From Schmidtea polychroa (lineage: Eukaryota): a stretch of 64,000 nucleotides of DNA. The stretch is from the NCBI GenBank assembly GCA_044892525.1, contig CM097885.1:10046001-10110000 (forward strand). The letters are read 5' to 3'. Position 1 is the stretch's first letter. Each line of letters opens with the position of its first letter. Position numbers and translations under genes: made by a program. The notes below the pieces were generated by a model. The model saw only the letters and a list, made by a program, of their open reading frames with translations. It was not told the origin of the DNA and made no database searches. This document shows positions 37,796 to 48,213 of the stretch, in pieces.

Positions 37796-38647
37796 CTATA
37801 AAATAAGTAAAATAGTATTATTATCAAAATTATTATTATTATTATTATCAAAATTATTATTATTTATTATTACTATATAATCTGAGTTTATACGACAAAA
37901 TATTCTGTCCCTCCCTTGCTCATAAGTGTATTATATTTAAATTTATTTTAATTAAATAAAAACATATTCATTTTCTTTATAAAAAATAATTTCATTATTT
38001 GTTTCATAACAAAATTGACTTCATACATTTTCTTTATAACAAAATTGACTTCATATTAATTTAAAAAATCATAATAATTTAAAGTAAATTAATTTAAAAA
38101 TCATAATAATTTAAAGCATATTAATTTTAAAATTTTAAAAAACCTACATTTAGGTTTCTTGCACGCGAGATTGTGTACAGCATTATTTACTAAAAAATCA
38201 TAATAATAATAATAATTTAAAAATTAAATTTACCATAATTTCCGGAAACATTATTTTCAATTCCATTACTTGCTGAAAAATTATAAGTTCCCGAAACATT
38301 ATTTTCATTAATGTAGACTAAAATATAAATAAAAATAAAAACATATTAAAAAAAAAATTACCCATACGATTTCTTCGAATCATTTCCTTGATTTCATTTG
38401 AAATATTTTGCATTTTGAATAAATGAAAAAGAATTACAAAAACATAGATTATATATGTAACGTTTATCCAATCAAAATGCAGATAGGATAGAAAAAATTA
38501 ACGCACACATATTCATGTCTTTGTTTAAAAAAGAATGAGTCATCGATGACTCACATAGTAACAAATAATGTCTTTGTTACTCACATAAAGACATGCAATA
38601 CAAGTGCATGAAATTTGTTGATATGAATAATAAAATTAATTAATAAT

Positions 38648-38743
<96 letters not shown>

Positions 38744-38765
38744 CTTGTGACATTTAATACATTTA

Positions 38766-39150
38766 TTAAACAAAATTATACATTGATAACAACCATGCAA
38801 GGCAATGTTGGCCACAAGTAATTGAAAATGGATTTTGATACCGAGTTCGATTATATACAATAGGTTTACCAATAGTTTACAATTTACTAATTAATAAATT
38901 TGGGTAATAATATCCAAAGGGATCGAATGCATATACTCGGTTTGGTTTCACATATACAGCAATCCAATGTTCACCTCCTAAACTAGATGTATGAGTATTG
39001 ACGATTATGGCTTGATTATTTCTCAAATATGGAATTTTATCCAGTGGATAAACTCCAAGAAATTCGTTTCCCAATAATTGAGTACCAATTCGAGACACCT
39101 GAATAGAACTAATCAATAAGTTAAATTATAAAATAAAAATCTTACTCCAT
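38766..39150 (-). pseudogene. Adenain-like cysteine protease with premature TAA (38877-38879); probable 37-nt intron 39109-39145
   Basis: FLGVYP, IVNT..GEHW (His), FDPFG (Asp); after the stop, in frame, YQNPFSITCGQHC (Gln/Cys). Confidence 0.9.
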
Positions 39151-39180
39151 AAAAAACTTTAATCTTTTAAATTTCTTCAT

Positions 39181-40407
39181 TTATACTAGTACAGTTCGAT
39201 TTGCAGTAATTTGGATTTCATTTTCAAAAACCCCATAGATTATTACATGGACTGGTTCAGTAGTTGCTTTACCGAACTTAATATCCAATCTCAAATTGCC
39301 ACTTTGAGGTAATTGACTTTGATTTAAATCAAAATCTGGAGCCAGAACAAATGTGAAAAATGGATAGAATGTTTTGAATTCTTCCAGACTTATACCACAA
39401 TTAAGATTTTTATCCAAATATCCTAAATTTCTGACAAGACTTTGCATATATGAAGTACAATAATTATCATTATCAAAATCTTGAGTATAAGTTTCTCGAT
39501 AATCAGTATTTTTCGATAATGAAAGAGAAGTTACACTAAAGTGTTTGAATTTTGATGAAGATGTATCATAAGATCCGTTATATTGAGCTTCACTTTGAAA
39601 AGTTACAAGGATAAAATTAGGCATTCTTCGATCTCCAAATATTTGCTCCTTGTAAAAAGATGATGCTCCTTTAGCAATTGCAAATGATACAATTTCTTTT
39701 GTTTTTATCGGATAAATTGCATGTTTGGTATTTAATCCAATTTGATGTCCCGCTAATACAGACGATTCACATCGAACTCTTCGAACCATTAATTTGGCAT
39801 CGAGTAATATTAATTTAGGTGCTGCACCTGCAACTCCAGTTGATAATGACAATGCAGAATCAGATCTTTTCAATCTCATATGTACATTAACACCTGGTAG
39901 TAAATATTTGGGTTGATCCATAAAATCCAATTGTAGAGATGAACACATGTTGAAAGTTTTTGAGCCTTTAATCCACTTTTTTCGATCATCAGATACACCA
40001 TATCCCATTGGAGTTAGACAAGTATCTTTAGTATCATTATTATAATTTAAAATAGTTTCGATAATTGCCTTGTGAGCATATGTATTGTTTCCACCCTCAA
40101 TTTTAATGTTATTAAATCCAAGAATAACATCTTTAAAGAGAGTATGAAACAAGAAATTATTAGGTTCAGTTGTATCATCTGCAGCTAATGCTTTATTGTC
40201 TTTATCTACAACTTTTATTTGAACATACAACAAAGTATCGTTCAAATCTAAATATTCTGTTTGAGAACCATTAATGTAAAATTCCACATCATTTCTACTA
40301 TCGGTAATAGAATTCATTGGAAATACATCTTCAAATGCTCCATATTCGATAACCGCCTGAGGCGATGGTCGATCAAATAGACATAATTCAGATTTACCGC
40401 AAATCAT
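39181..40407 (-). CDS. Polinton major capsid protein (double jelly-roll)
   Basis: KSELCLFDRPSPQ...VEFYI..YLDLNDTLLYV N-terminus and GNLRLDIKF C-terminus typical of Maverick MCP; 408 aa, intact. Confidence 0.9.
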   Translation of the reverse strand: MICGKSELCLFDRPSPQAVIEYGAFEDVFPMNSITDSRNDVEFYINGSQTEYLDLNDTLLYVQIKVVDKDNKALAADDTTEPNNFLFHTLFKDVILGFNNIKIEGGNNTYAHKAIIETILNYNNDTKDTCLTPMGYGVSDDRKKWIKGSKTFNMCSSLQLDFMDQPKYLLPGVNVHMRLKRSDSALSLSTGVAGAAPKLILLDAKLMVRRVRCESSVLAGHQIGLNTKHAIYPIKTKEIVSFAIAKGASSFYKEQIFGDRRMPNFILVTFQSEAQYNGSYDTSSSKFKHFSVTSLSLSKNTDYRETYTQDFDNDNYCTSYMQSLVRNLGYLDKNLNCGISLEEFKTFYPFFTFVLAPDFDLNQSQLPQSGNLRLDIKFGKATTEPVHVIIYGVFENEIQITANRTVLV

Positions 40408-40793
40408 TCTTCAAATATGGTTCCGTGTCCTTTCATTCGTTTGTTTATATGCCTTCTCCCTCTCTTGCGTTTAGTTCCCATACTTGTTTTAATTTCACTT
40501 TCAAATTTACGTTTTACTGGTACCAGTGCTGGTTCAGTTTTAAACATACCAGGTATTACTTTACTTATTTCAGCAATTGCATTTGATTTCAACGATGGTA
40601 ATATTTTCTTGTCATTCATAATTACATCTTTTGCAGTTTTCATACCGAAATTACCAATACGTTTAAGAATTGGTAACGCAAATCTACCAATTGTTCTCAA
40701 CCACCCACTTCCGTACTGTTTACCAACAAAATATGGTAATTCGCCACCACTTTGGCTACCACTATACATACTAATAATATCAGAATTAGCCAT
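40404..40793 (-). CDS. Small virion core/membrane-active protein (QxGxG type)
   Basis: QSGG and QYGSG motifs followed by amphipathic WLRTIGRFALPILKRIG and a basic tail; lies between the capsid genes. Confidence 0.7.
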   Translation of the reverse strand: MANSDIISMYSGSQSGGELPYFVGKQYGSGWLRTIGRFALPILKRIGNFGMKTAKDVIMNDKKILPSLKSNAIAEISKVIPGMFKTEPALVPVKRKFESEIKTSMGTKRKRGRRHINKRMKGHGTIFEE

Positions 40794-41805
40794 CTACTTT
40801 ACGAAAATGTAGTGTCAAATGAGTTTTTGAATCTTTTGCAAATTCGATTAATTGACCAGAATCATCTCTTATATTTATTTCTATATTGTTTATACAGGAT
40901 GTTGAAACAGGCAAATACATGGGATTTTCTACATTGATTTGTACAACATCATCTTGTTCATGTTTCTCAACCCAAATAGATTTCAATAGAAGAACCAAAG
41001 AATCACCAACAATTATGGGTTCAATAATATTAGTATAGAGAAACATTTGATGATGAAGTTTAATTATTTTCGGTTTATTCATACCTACATTTAATTTTTC
41101 ATCTTGAATATATGTTCCTTTTGATAATCCTAATGTTTTTATTAGATTTTTATCAAAAGTAATTTCAGTAATATCAGTATTCAAACTGAATTTGAACAAA
41201 GTATTGTCTACTAATTCCAATGATTTAAATATTGATCCACAATTCTGAATTAAATATGATTGTAATTCCTCCAATTTAGAAATGTATAAATTCTCATTAA
41301 ACGTATATGTATTTTCAGTTTCACCCTCAAACTCAACTTTCATTGAAATTGTCTCATATCGCGCTGCTACTTTGGTAAATCTCGGCCGTAGTACTTGGAA
41401 TATATTAGTATGATTTCTATTACTCTGACTTGTTAATTCCAATCGTTTTGCCATTGCTAAACTATCAAATTTTATAGTAAAGGGATGATATTTACATTCA
41501 ACTATTAAATATTGACGATCAATATACATTTTGACAATTGAATCGGAAGGACCAATATCAATTCGATCTTCTACATTATCAATGACAAAAGAGATATTTC
41601 TTTGCGTCTCTTTCTTTTTATATTCAATTTTAGCTTTACTATAAATTGGAAAGAGATTGTACACAAATGTAAAGTCAAGGAGAGCAACTTCCCAATTACC
41701 ATTTAAATAAATCGGATTTTGGAGATTGACCATAAATTTACTGGCAGTGTTTTCTGGATGTATATTCGGACAACTATTACTTGGCAAAATAATGTAAAAA
41801 TTCAT
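40786..41805 (-). CDS. Polinton minor capsid protein (penton)
   Basis: MNFYIILPSNS...NT.SKF...LNGNWEVAL and C-terminal LTLHFRK. Confidence 0.88.
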   Translation of the reverse strand: MNFYIILPSNSCPNIHPENTASKFMVNLQNPIYLNGNWEVALLDFTFVYNLFPIYSKAKIEYKKKETQRNISFVIDNVEDRIDIGPSDSIVKMYIDRQYLIVECKYHPFTIKFDSLAMAKRLELTSQSNRNHTNIFQVLRPRFTKVAARYETISMKVEFEGETENTYTFNENLYISKLEELQSYLIQNCGSIFKSLELVDNTLFKFSLNTDITEITFDKNLIKTLGLSKGTYIQDEKLNVGMNKPKIIKLHHQMFLYTNIIEPIIVGDSLVLLLKSIWVEKHEQDDVVQINVENPMYLPVSTSCINNIEINIRDDSGQLIEFAKDSKTHLTLHFRKVDG

Positions 41806-42445
41806 TTTACGAGGTCTCGAGACGATATCCATGATGGGTTTTTATATCCATGCCATTTGACATAGTATTGTTTATCCTTACCCACCATTTTAGTTTTCAA
41901 TATTTTTTGAATTCTAAATACTTTTGGGGGAGGAATGACTTGTAATTCTTGCTCATAAAATTTCCCTTGTACAATGTTATTTTCAGAATCTCTGATGACA
42001 TACATCACAGGGTTCTGGCTAGTATTTATTTTCGAAATTACAAAGACTTCATCACTCCAATTTGTATCGAAATTTTTAATAAATGGTGATGCACTAATTT
42101 TACTAATTCTAACATGGTCACCAACTTTATATTTCGGTTTTGTAATTTTTTCAGATTTTTTAGAATAGAATGTTTTTGATGTGATATCAACCGGTCTCAA
42201 TCCATTAAGTCCTCGATGTGATGAATTATTATAACTGGTTATAATTTTTGGTAAAACCAATACCCATTTTTTATTACCTTGATACACGAACAATTTCTTT
42301 AATCTATCTCTCAAGGTTCTGTTAAATCTTTCAACATGAGCAGCTTTGTATTGAGAATGTACCGAGTAGTGATTTATTTTCAGTTTATCGAGGATTTGCT
42401 TAACTTTACTGTTGTAGAATTCTTTACCTAAAATAATAATAATAT

Positions 42446-42540
<95 letters not shown>

Positions 42541-42928
42541 CTAAATCCGTTTGTAAATTATTAGGATGTCCATTTTTAAATAAAATATTAATAGCTTTGG
42601 ACATTTCATCTGCAGATTTTGACTTGACTGGTATTGCTCGTGCAAACCTGCTGTATACATTAATACACGTTAAAATATATTTATACCCCTTGTTAATTTT
42701 TGAATAGGGTATCATCTCCATCAAATCCATTTGCCACAAATCATTTATTCCATATGTTTTATACGCTCTTGTTGGAAATCTTTTCTGCATTGGTTTGTTC
42801 AAACTGTACGCTAGTTGATTTGATAACCACTTCTGGGTTTCTTTTTTCGAATTCGGAACTCTTTTCTTTAATTTTGCCACTCCACCGAAACCGGCTTCGT
42901 CTTCTGGGTTCGTCCAAATCTTCTCCAT
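41802..42928 (-). CDS. Retroviral-like DDE integrase with chromodomain; two exons (42928-42541, 42427-41802)
   Basis: WQMDL; QTDLG|KEFYN restored by removing GT-AG intron 42540-42428; HVERFNRTL; YYVKWHGY..SWI chromodomain. Confidence 0.95.
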
Positions 42929-42983
42929 TACAACAGGAAGATTTAAAATTCAAATTAAGATTTGGTAATGATTGACCCATTGT

Positions 42984-43475
42984 TTATGATGATGATTTTA
43001 ATAAACCTGCCCCTCCCAATAAAGATAATGCTATTGGTATCAAGGCTGCAATGAAGCCTCCTTGTTGTTTATATATGATTTTACGCATACGTTTTTTATT
43101 TTTAGTATTTACTAATGATAATAGTGGTTTCTTGTGTCTGTTCAAAATCTTTTTATTTGATGTACTTATACGGAATTTACCTTTAACAACTTTAATTAAA
43201 ATAGCAAGTAAATCATCAATAACATAATTTGGAAAAGACTGTAAAATATTCATTCTTCTCATACTGGGAGCCTTAAGTAATGCAATGAAAAACGGAAAAC
43301 TACGATGAGAATTACTCGGCGGAATATGATTACTCGGTGGAATACGATTACTCGGCGGAATATTATCAATAAGCAATTTTTTCGATGGTGTGAAACTAGT
43401 TTTTGGTGGAATCTTAACCATTTTTGCAGGTTTCCTTCTTGTAGGTTTTGTCTTTACACGAGTTTTTAGTAACAT
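42984..43475 (-). CDS. Basic virion core-type protein
   Basis: K/R-rich, IPPSN repeats, C-terminal QQGGFIAALIPIALSLLGG (cleavage-like motif plus hydrophobic helix). Confidence 0.7.
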   Translation of the reverse strand: MLLKTRVKTKPTRRKPAKMVKIPPKTSFTPSKKLLIDNIPPSNRIPPSNHIPPSNSHRSFPFFIALLKAPSMRRMNILQSFPNYVIDDLLAILIKVVKGKFRISTSNKKILNRHKKPLLSLVNTKNKKRMRKIIYKQQGGFIAALIPIALSLLGGAGLLKSSS

Positions 43476-43498
43476 GATTGATAATTTATTTTTTCGTT

Positions 43499-44122
43499 TT
43501 ATCTTTGTTTATATACTATAGCTCCTTCCTTGTTAAATATATCTGTTCTTACTCGTAATTCATCAGGACACTGTTGTGTAAAATCTAGAAAAATATATCC
43601 ATGTGGGGATTTTGTTGCATCGACAAATGCATTCATTAAGAAATTTCGATTATTTGGATATGCTTGCCTTGCAAGAAAGTCAATCACTGTAGCATCTCTC
43701 GGATTTTTGAAAACAACTAAATATTGAACATTCAAATTACGAGTTCGGTGAGATCCACCTTGATGAAAAAGATTTTGAGTGATAAAAATTACAGTGACAC
43801 CTTTATGTCTACTAATTTTTGTAAACAAATTATTAAAATCCTTTTCTTTATTTGCTTCTTGATATAAATCATCAATAATAATCACATCACCCTGTCGTAA
43901 TCTAGATGACCAGTTTTTATCGAACCCTTTTATGATTGTCATTTTGATTTTACAAAACTGATCTTGTGTCATTCCGCTTTCATCATCAGCTCCCCTATGC
44001 CAATAAATTTTATTAAATTTTGACTTGAATAATTTTGATTGTAATAATTTACAAACAAACAATGTTTTCCCGCTACCACTCGGGCCAACGATTTGGTATA
44101 CTGCATCATTTCTTAATTGCAT
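43499..44122 (-). CDS. FtsK/A32-like DNA packaging ATPase
   Basis: Walker A GPSGSGKT, Walker B IIIDDL, SRH, ITQNLF, FKNPRD. Confidence 0.95.
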   Translation of the reverse strand: MQLRNDAVYQIVGPSGSGKTLFVCKLLQSKLFKSKFNKIYWHRGADDESGMTQDQFCKIKMTIIKGFDKNWSSRLRQGDVIIIDDLYQEANKEKDFNNLFTKISRHKGVTVIFITQNLFHQGGSHRTRNLNVQYLVVFKNPRDATVIDFLARQAYPNNRNFLMNAFVDATKSPHGYIFLDFTQQCPDELRVRTDIFNKEGAIVYKQR

Positions 44123-44230
44123 TTTTTATTTTTAATTTTAAAATATCTAGTTATTGTTTATATTAGATGATTTTAATGAACTCTTGCTAAAGTTGTATAT
44201 AAAGAGTAAAATTTCATAAATGATTTAATT

Positions 44231-44668
44231 ATGCTTGCAAATATAAATTATCGAGGAAATTTTGATGTTTCAAAAATGAGGTTCCCACCAGGAAAACCAC
44301 AGCAAATTGTCGATAGAAGCGGGAAATATCCGATAATATTTTTCAAGACTGGCAAATGCAGAATTATGGGATGTAAGGAACCATTGGATATTAATAAATT
44401 ACAATATCGAATCAATAATATTAAAATTCAATCAATTACCGTTACTATGGATATGAGACATACTATCAATTTATACAAAATATCGAGAAAATGTGATTGT
44501 ATGTTTGAACCGGAATTGTTTCCGGCACTAAGACGATTAAAATATAACCCTATATGTATCAATGTGTTTTCAAGTGGAAAGGTTGTCATGCTTGGGTTGA
44601 GAAATTTAGACTATAGGGAATTTGTTAACAATGTTCGGAATGAGTTAAATTCATTGGTCGATTTCTAA
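44231..44668 (+). CDS. TATA-binding protein homologue
   Basis: IIFFKTGKCRIMG (repeat 1); IKIQSITVTMD, FEPELFPAL and VFSSGKVVMLG (repeat 2). Confidence 0.88.
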   Translation: MLANINYRGNFDVSKMRFPPGKPQQIVDRSGKYPIIFFKTGKCRIMGCKEPLDINKLQYRINNIKIQSITVTMDMRHTINLYKISRKCDCMFEPELFPALRRLKYNPICINVFSSGKVVMLGLRNLDYREFVNNVRNELNSLVDF

Positions 44669-44721
44669 TTGGTTAATTTCTAATTGGTTAATAATAATAA
44701 TATTAACTGTTTATTGTTTAG

Positions 44722-45131
44722 ATGTCATTAATAATGTATACTAGCGCGGCAAAATCAATGTCTGAGATCGATAATTACGGTAAATTTTTAATTTATATAT
44801 ATTTTTTATATATTTTATAGATGAATATTCCAAAGTGATGTTAAATTGCCTCAAGTATTTCTATCCTCAATTGAATGAAATTCTGAAGGACAGGGATCCA
44901 GAGATTATACCAGATTTGGTATACAATGCAACAAGAATCTGGATGTTCGATATATTAAATCAATTCCAATGGGATATCAAGATCGACAGAATGCAGAAAG
45001 AAATGGAACCAGAATATCCATGTATCATTGGATGCAGTTGTTGTGCTGATCGTTATCAGCGATATGTAGAATGGAATTTAGTAAAAACACTTAGAAGATA
45101 TTACTATTCTAGGATTGTTGATTTAAATTAA
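44722..45131 (+). CDS. Unknown Polinton accessory protein, two exons (44722-44779, 44821-45131)
   Basis: GT-AG intron 44780-44820 joins the ATG in frame to the 98-aa ORF; C-x3-CSCC cluster; AATAAA follows. Confidence 0.6.
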
Positions 45132-45183
45132 TAAATATTTTTTATGTATTTTGTTTTTTTTTTTTTATATATTGATGACCAAA

Positions 45184-45227
<44 letters not shown>

Positions 45228-45454
45228 TAATAATAATAATAATAATCATACATGTGCAACATTAATGCAATTTAAACAAAGACACATTAATGCAAACCAT
45301 GTGCAACATTGATGCAATTTAAACAAAGACATGTGCAATACAAATGCAAAGCATGTGCAACATTGATGTAATTTAAACTTTAATCTGATTGGTTGTTCCA
45401 TTTATTTTGAAGGTATAAAAACCCTGTACCATTTCATTTTAATCATAATTCACG

Positions 45455-45862
45455 ATGGTCAAGAAAAGCACTGAAAAACCGAAAGATGAACTTGTTCAGC
45501 CTGTTCAAATGTTCCACAACTACAAAATGTATTTTTTAAAAGAAGAAATCAATATGAAATTGGTTGCACCGGTCAAGTTAATTCCAACTCAATTTCAATT
45601 CTTATCCGGCACGCTTTCAATGGTAGATGTTAAAACCATAGATGATGTTTTCAAACGGTTGAATTCAAATCTATCATGTAATCAAAATGCATGGTTCAAC
45701 AACCGATATGCAAAATTTTATGATGCCTTTGATGAAATCAGTTTCAAAGAAAACGAAAATTGGTATATAACAATTGCAATCCAAGGATATAAAGTCGATA
45801 ATAATGATGTGTATTCTCCAATTTGGAAAATTATGTCTGCTAGGCTTTCACAACTATTTTAA
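45455..45862 (+). CDS. Putative OB-fold single-stranded DNA-binding protein
   Basis: Inverted CCAAT and TATAAA upstream, AATAAA downstream; C-terminal WYITIAIQGYK...YSPIWKIMSAR resembles viral SSB strands. Function is an inference. Confidence 0.5.
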   Translation: MVKKSTEKPKDELVQPVQMFHNYKMYFLKEEINMKLVAPVKLIPTQFQFLSGTLSMVDVKTIDDVFKRLNSNLSCNQNAWFNNRYAKFYDAFDEISFKENENWYITIAIQGYKVDNNDVYSPIWKIMSARLSQLF

Positions 45863-46014
45863 TGTATTTAATAAATGTATATAATGTATTTTAATAAATG
45901 TATTTAATGTATTTAATCTTATTTATTTTATTAATATTAATGCAACAGTAATGCAAATTTAACAAAGACATTCTATAAACAAACTTACATTATAGTTTAA
46001 AAGTGTTAATAAAA

Positions 46015-46443
46015 ATGACTACAGAAAAAGGTTAATTTTGATTAATAACTTACCGAATTATTTATTATTTAGAAATTGTAATCAACTTTTTGTTGGAAAA
46101 ATTGGCAGAAATAGCTGGTGTAAATGTTGAGGATATATTATCTGTTGCAAATGCATTAAATATAGGCTGGATAGTTGAAAGTCAAGATTCAGGATTTGAT
46201 GAAAGTGAAGTGAGTCAAGAAACTGATGTAGAAATTGATGGAGAAAATGATGGAGAAAACACCCAAGAAATTAGTGAAAACACCCAAGAAATTAGTGAAA
46301 ACATCCAAGAAATTGATGGAGAAAACATCCAAGAAATTGATGGAGAAAACAATCAAGAACAACCTAACGATTGTATAGATCATGTAGTTGATAATATTAT
46401 GAAATGTGGAGATGACTATTGTGAATGTGTTAATAAATGTTAA
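46015..46443 (+). CDS. Acidic repeat protein, two exons (46015-46030, 46073-46443)
   Basis: ATG exon, GT-AG intron, EN(T/I)QEI(S/D) 21/24-nt repeats, C-terminal cysteine cluster. Confidence 0.6.
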
Positions 46444-46485
46444 ATTTTAAATTTTGTTTTTTATACATAAGAAAAATAACAAAAA

Positions 46486-46676
46486 TTAATATTTATTTAA
46501 ATATTTAAATAAAATATACAATAAAACAACTCCTGTTGTGAGTTTAATATAGTTTTTCATTTTTCTTTTGATTTCATCAGTTTCTTTAGCATTGCGGGCG
46601 AGTTGATTGAGTATATCCCATCCGCCATTATCTTCTATCCATGGACTAAACTTGGATTTGATTATCTAAAAAAAAA

Positions 46677-46716
<40 letters not shown>

Positions 46717-47017
46717 TTACTTCTAAAGACCACTGATAATAATGTTCTGAGTCATGTTGGCATTTCGCAATGATTATCTTCATGTAGGTGAACCCTACAA
46801 TAATTCTTGTCCATTTCATGTCTTCATCGCAGAGACATTGAAATATATTGTTAAAATAATTCTTCTTTGATTCAAGACAATCCATATCAAGCATTCTCTG
46901 GTAGTCGATATGGTTGCCTTCAATAATTTGTTCGGTCCGATTGACCAGGAAATTGAGGCTGTCGACTATATTCGCTGTAACTAGTCCATTTAGAACGTTT
47001 TCAATAAATTTAGACAT
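46486..47017 (-). CDS. Bcl-2 family protein, 158 aa, two exons (47017-46721, 46665-46486)
   Basis: BH1-like DEDMKWTRIIVGF; after a phase-0 GT-AG intron, BH2 SPWIEDNGGWD and tail anchor YIKLTTGVVLLYILFKYLNKY*. Confidence 0.9.
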
Positions 47018-47126
47018 TTTTTACAATAATTTTTAATATACTGTCTTATTTATACTACTGTGTGTGTAATATGATTCTGATTGGTTGATAGACTATAAAT
47101 GTAAAACATAATAGATTTGATACAAC

Positions 47127-47627
47127 ATGAAAACTATATTTCTATTGCTAATTATTATAAGGAGTGTGTGCTCACACAATACGACAATAACGGTGGAGTC
47201 TTTTAATAAATCAATATGTATTTGTCCAAATACCGCCAAGTTGATGGATATTTTATATATTCTTGACAAACCAAAATGGGCAAAGCATCCAGGAAAAAGA
47301 ATATCCCAAAGATTGGAGAATTTAGAAAACAGCTATGACCTATCTTTTGAATATATACAAAATATAAAATTTAAATTGATTGATCATATTGAGGTTTTCA
47401 ATAACTCAATTGTTGAAAATAAAAAGAATATGAAAATTATTGATAAGAAACATGAACATTTGTTAAGAAAGATTGATTTAATAATATTCGAAATTCGAAC
47501 AATGAAAGAATCGATAGAAAATTTGAAAACCAATTCAACGTTACCAATTTCAAACAAGATGGCAGCAAATATGAGTACATCAATATTTAAATGGCCATTG
47601 TTAATTTTAAATTATTTCATTGTTTAA
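47127..47627 (+). CDS. Secreted or surface coiled-coil glycoprotein, unknown function
   Basis: Signal peptide MKTIFLLLIIIRSVCS, several NxS/T sites, heptad region, hydrophobic C-terminus; CCAAT/TATA upstream, AATAAA downstream. Confidence 0.7.
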   Translation: MKTIFLLLIIIRSVCSHNTTITVESFNKSICICPNTAKLMDILYILDKPKWAKHPGKRISQRLENLENSYDLSFEYIQNIKFKLIDHIEVFNNSIVENKKNMKIIDKKHEHLLRKIDLIIFEIRTMKESIENLKTNSTLPISNKMAANMSTSIFKWPLLILNYFIV

Positions 47628-47728
47628 TAAATGTATTGATTTAAATTATCTTTTGTCTGATATATTATTATTATTATTGGCATAAATATTATTAATTTAA
47701 TTATTATTATTACTAGTATTGTCATAAA

Positions 47729-47803
<75 letters not shown>

Positions 47804-47972
47804 TTACATAAAGACATTTCATGCACTTGTATTGCATGTCTTTATGTGAGTAGAAATTACTCAGTTAGTAACAATGACTCATCGATGAGTCATATTCAGA
47901 GAACAAAGCATCGATAATATCCAATTCTGATTGGTTAGATGTTATCGATACTTTGTACATCTTTTTCAAATG

Positions 47973-48137
47973 AGGTAATTATTATTTTTTTATGATTTAA
48001 ATTTTTTTTATAATGAAATTTTTTTATGATTAATTTTTATTTATTTTTTTTATGAAACCAGTTTTTATGAAAACAAATTATATGATTTATGAAATAAATT
48101 TTATGAAAACAAACTTTTTTATGACGAAATGGGTATG

Positions 48138-48213
<76 letters not shown>

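Noticed and set aside
37072..43727. Plus-strand ORFs overlapping Polinton core genes
   Set aside because: Antisense shadows of polB, capsid, integrase and ATPase.
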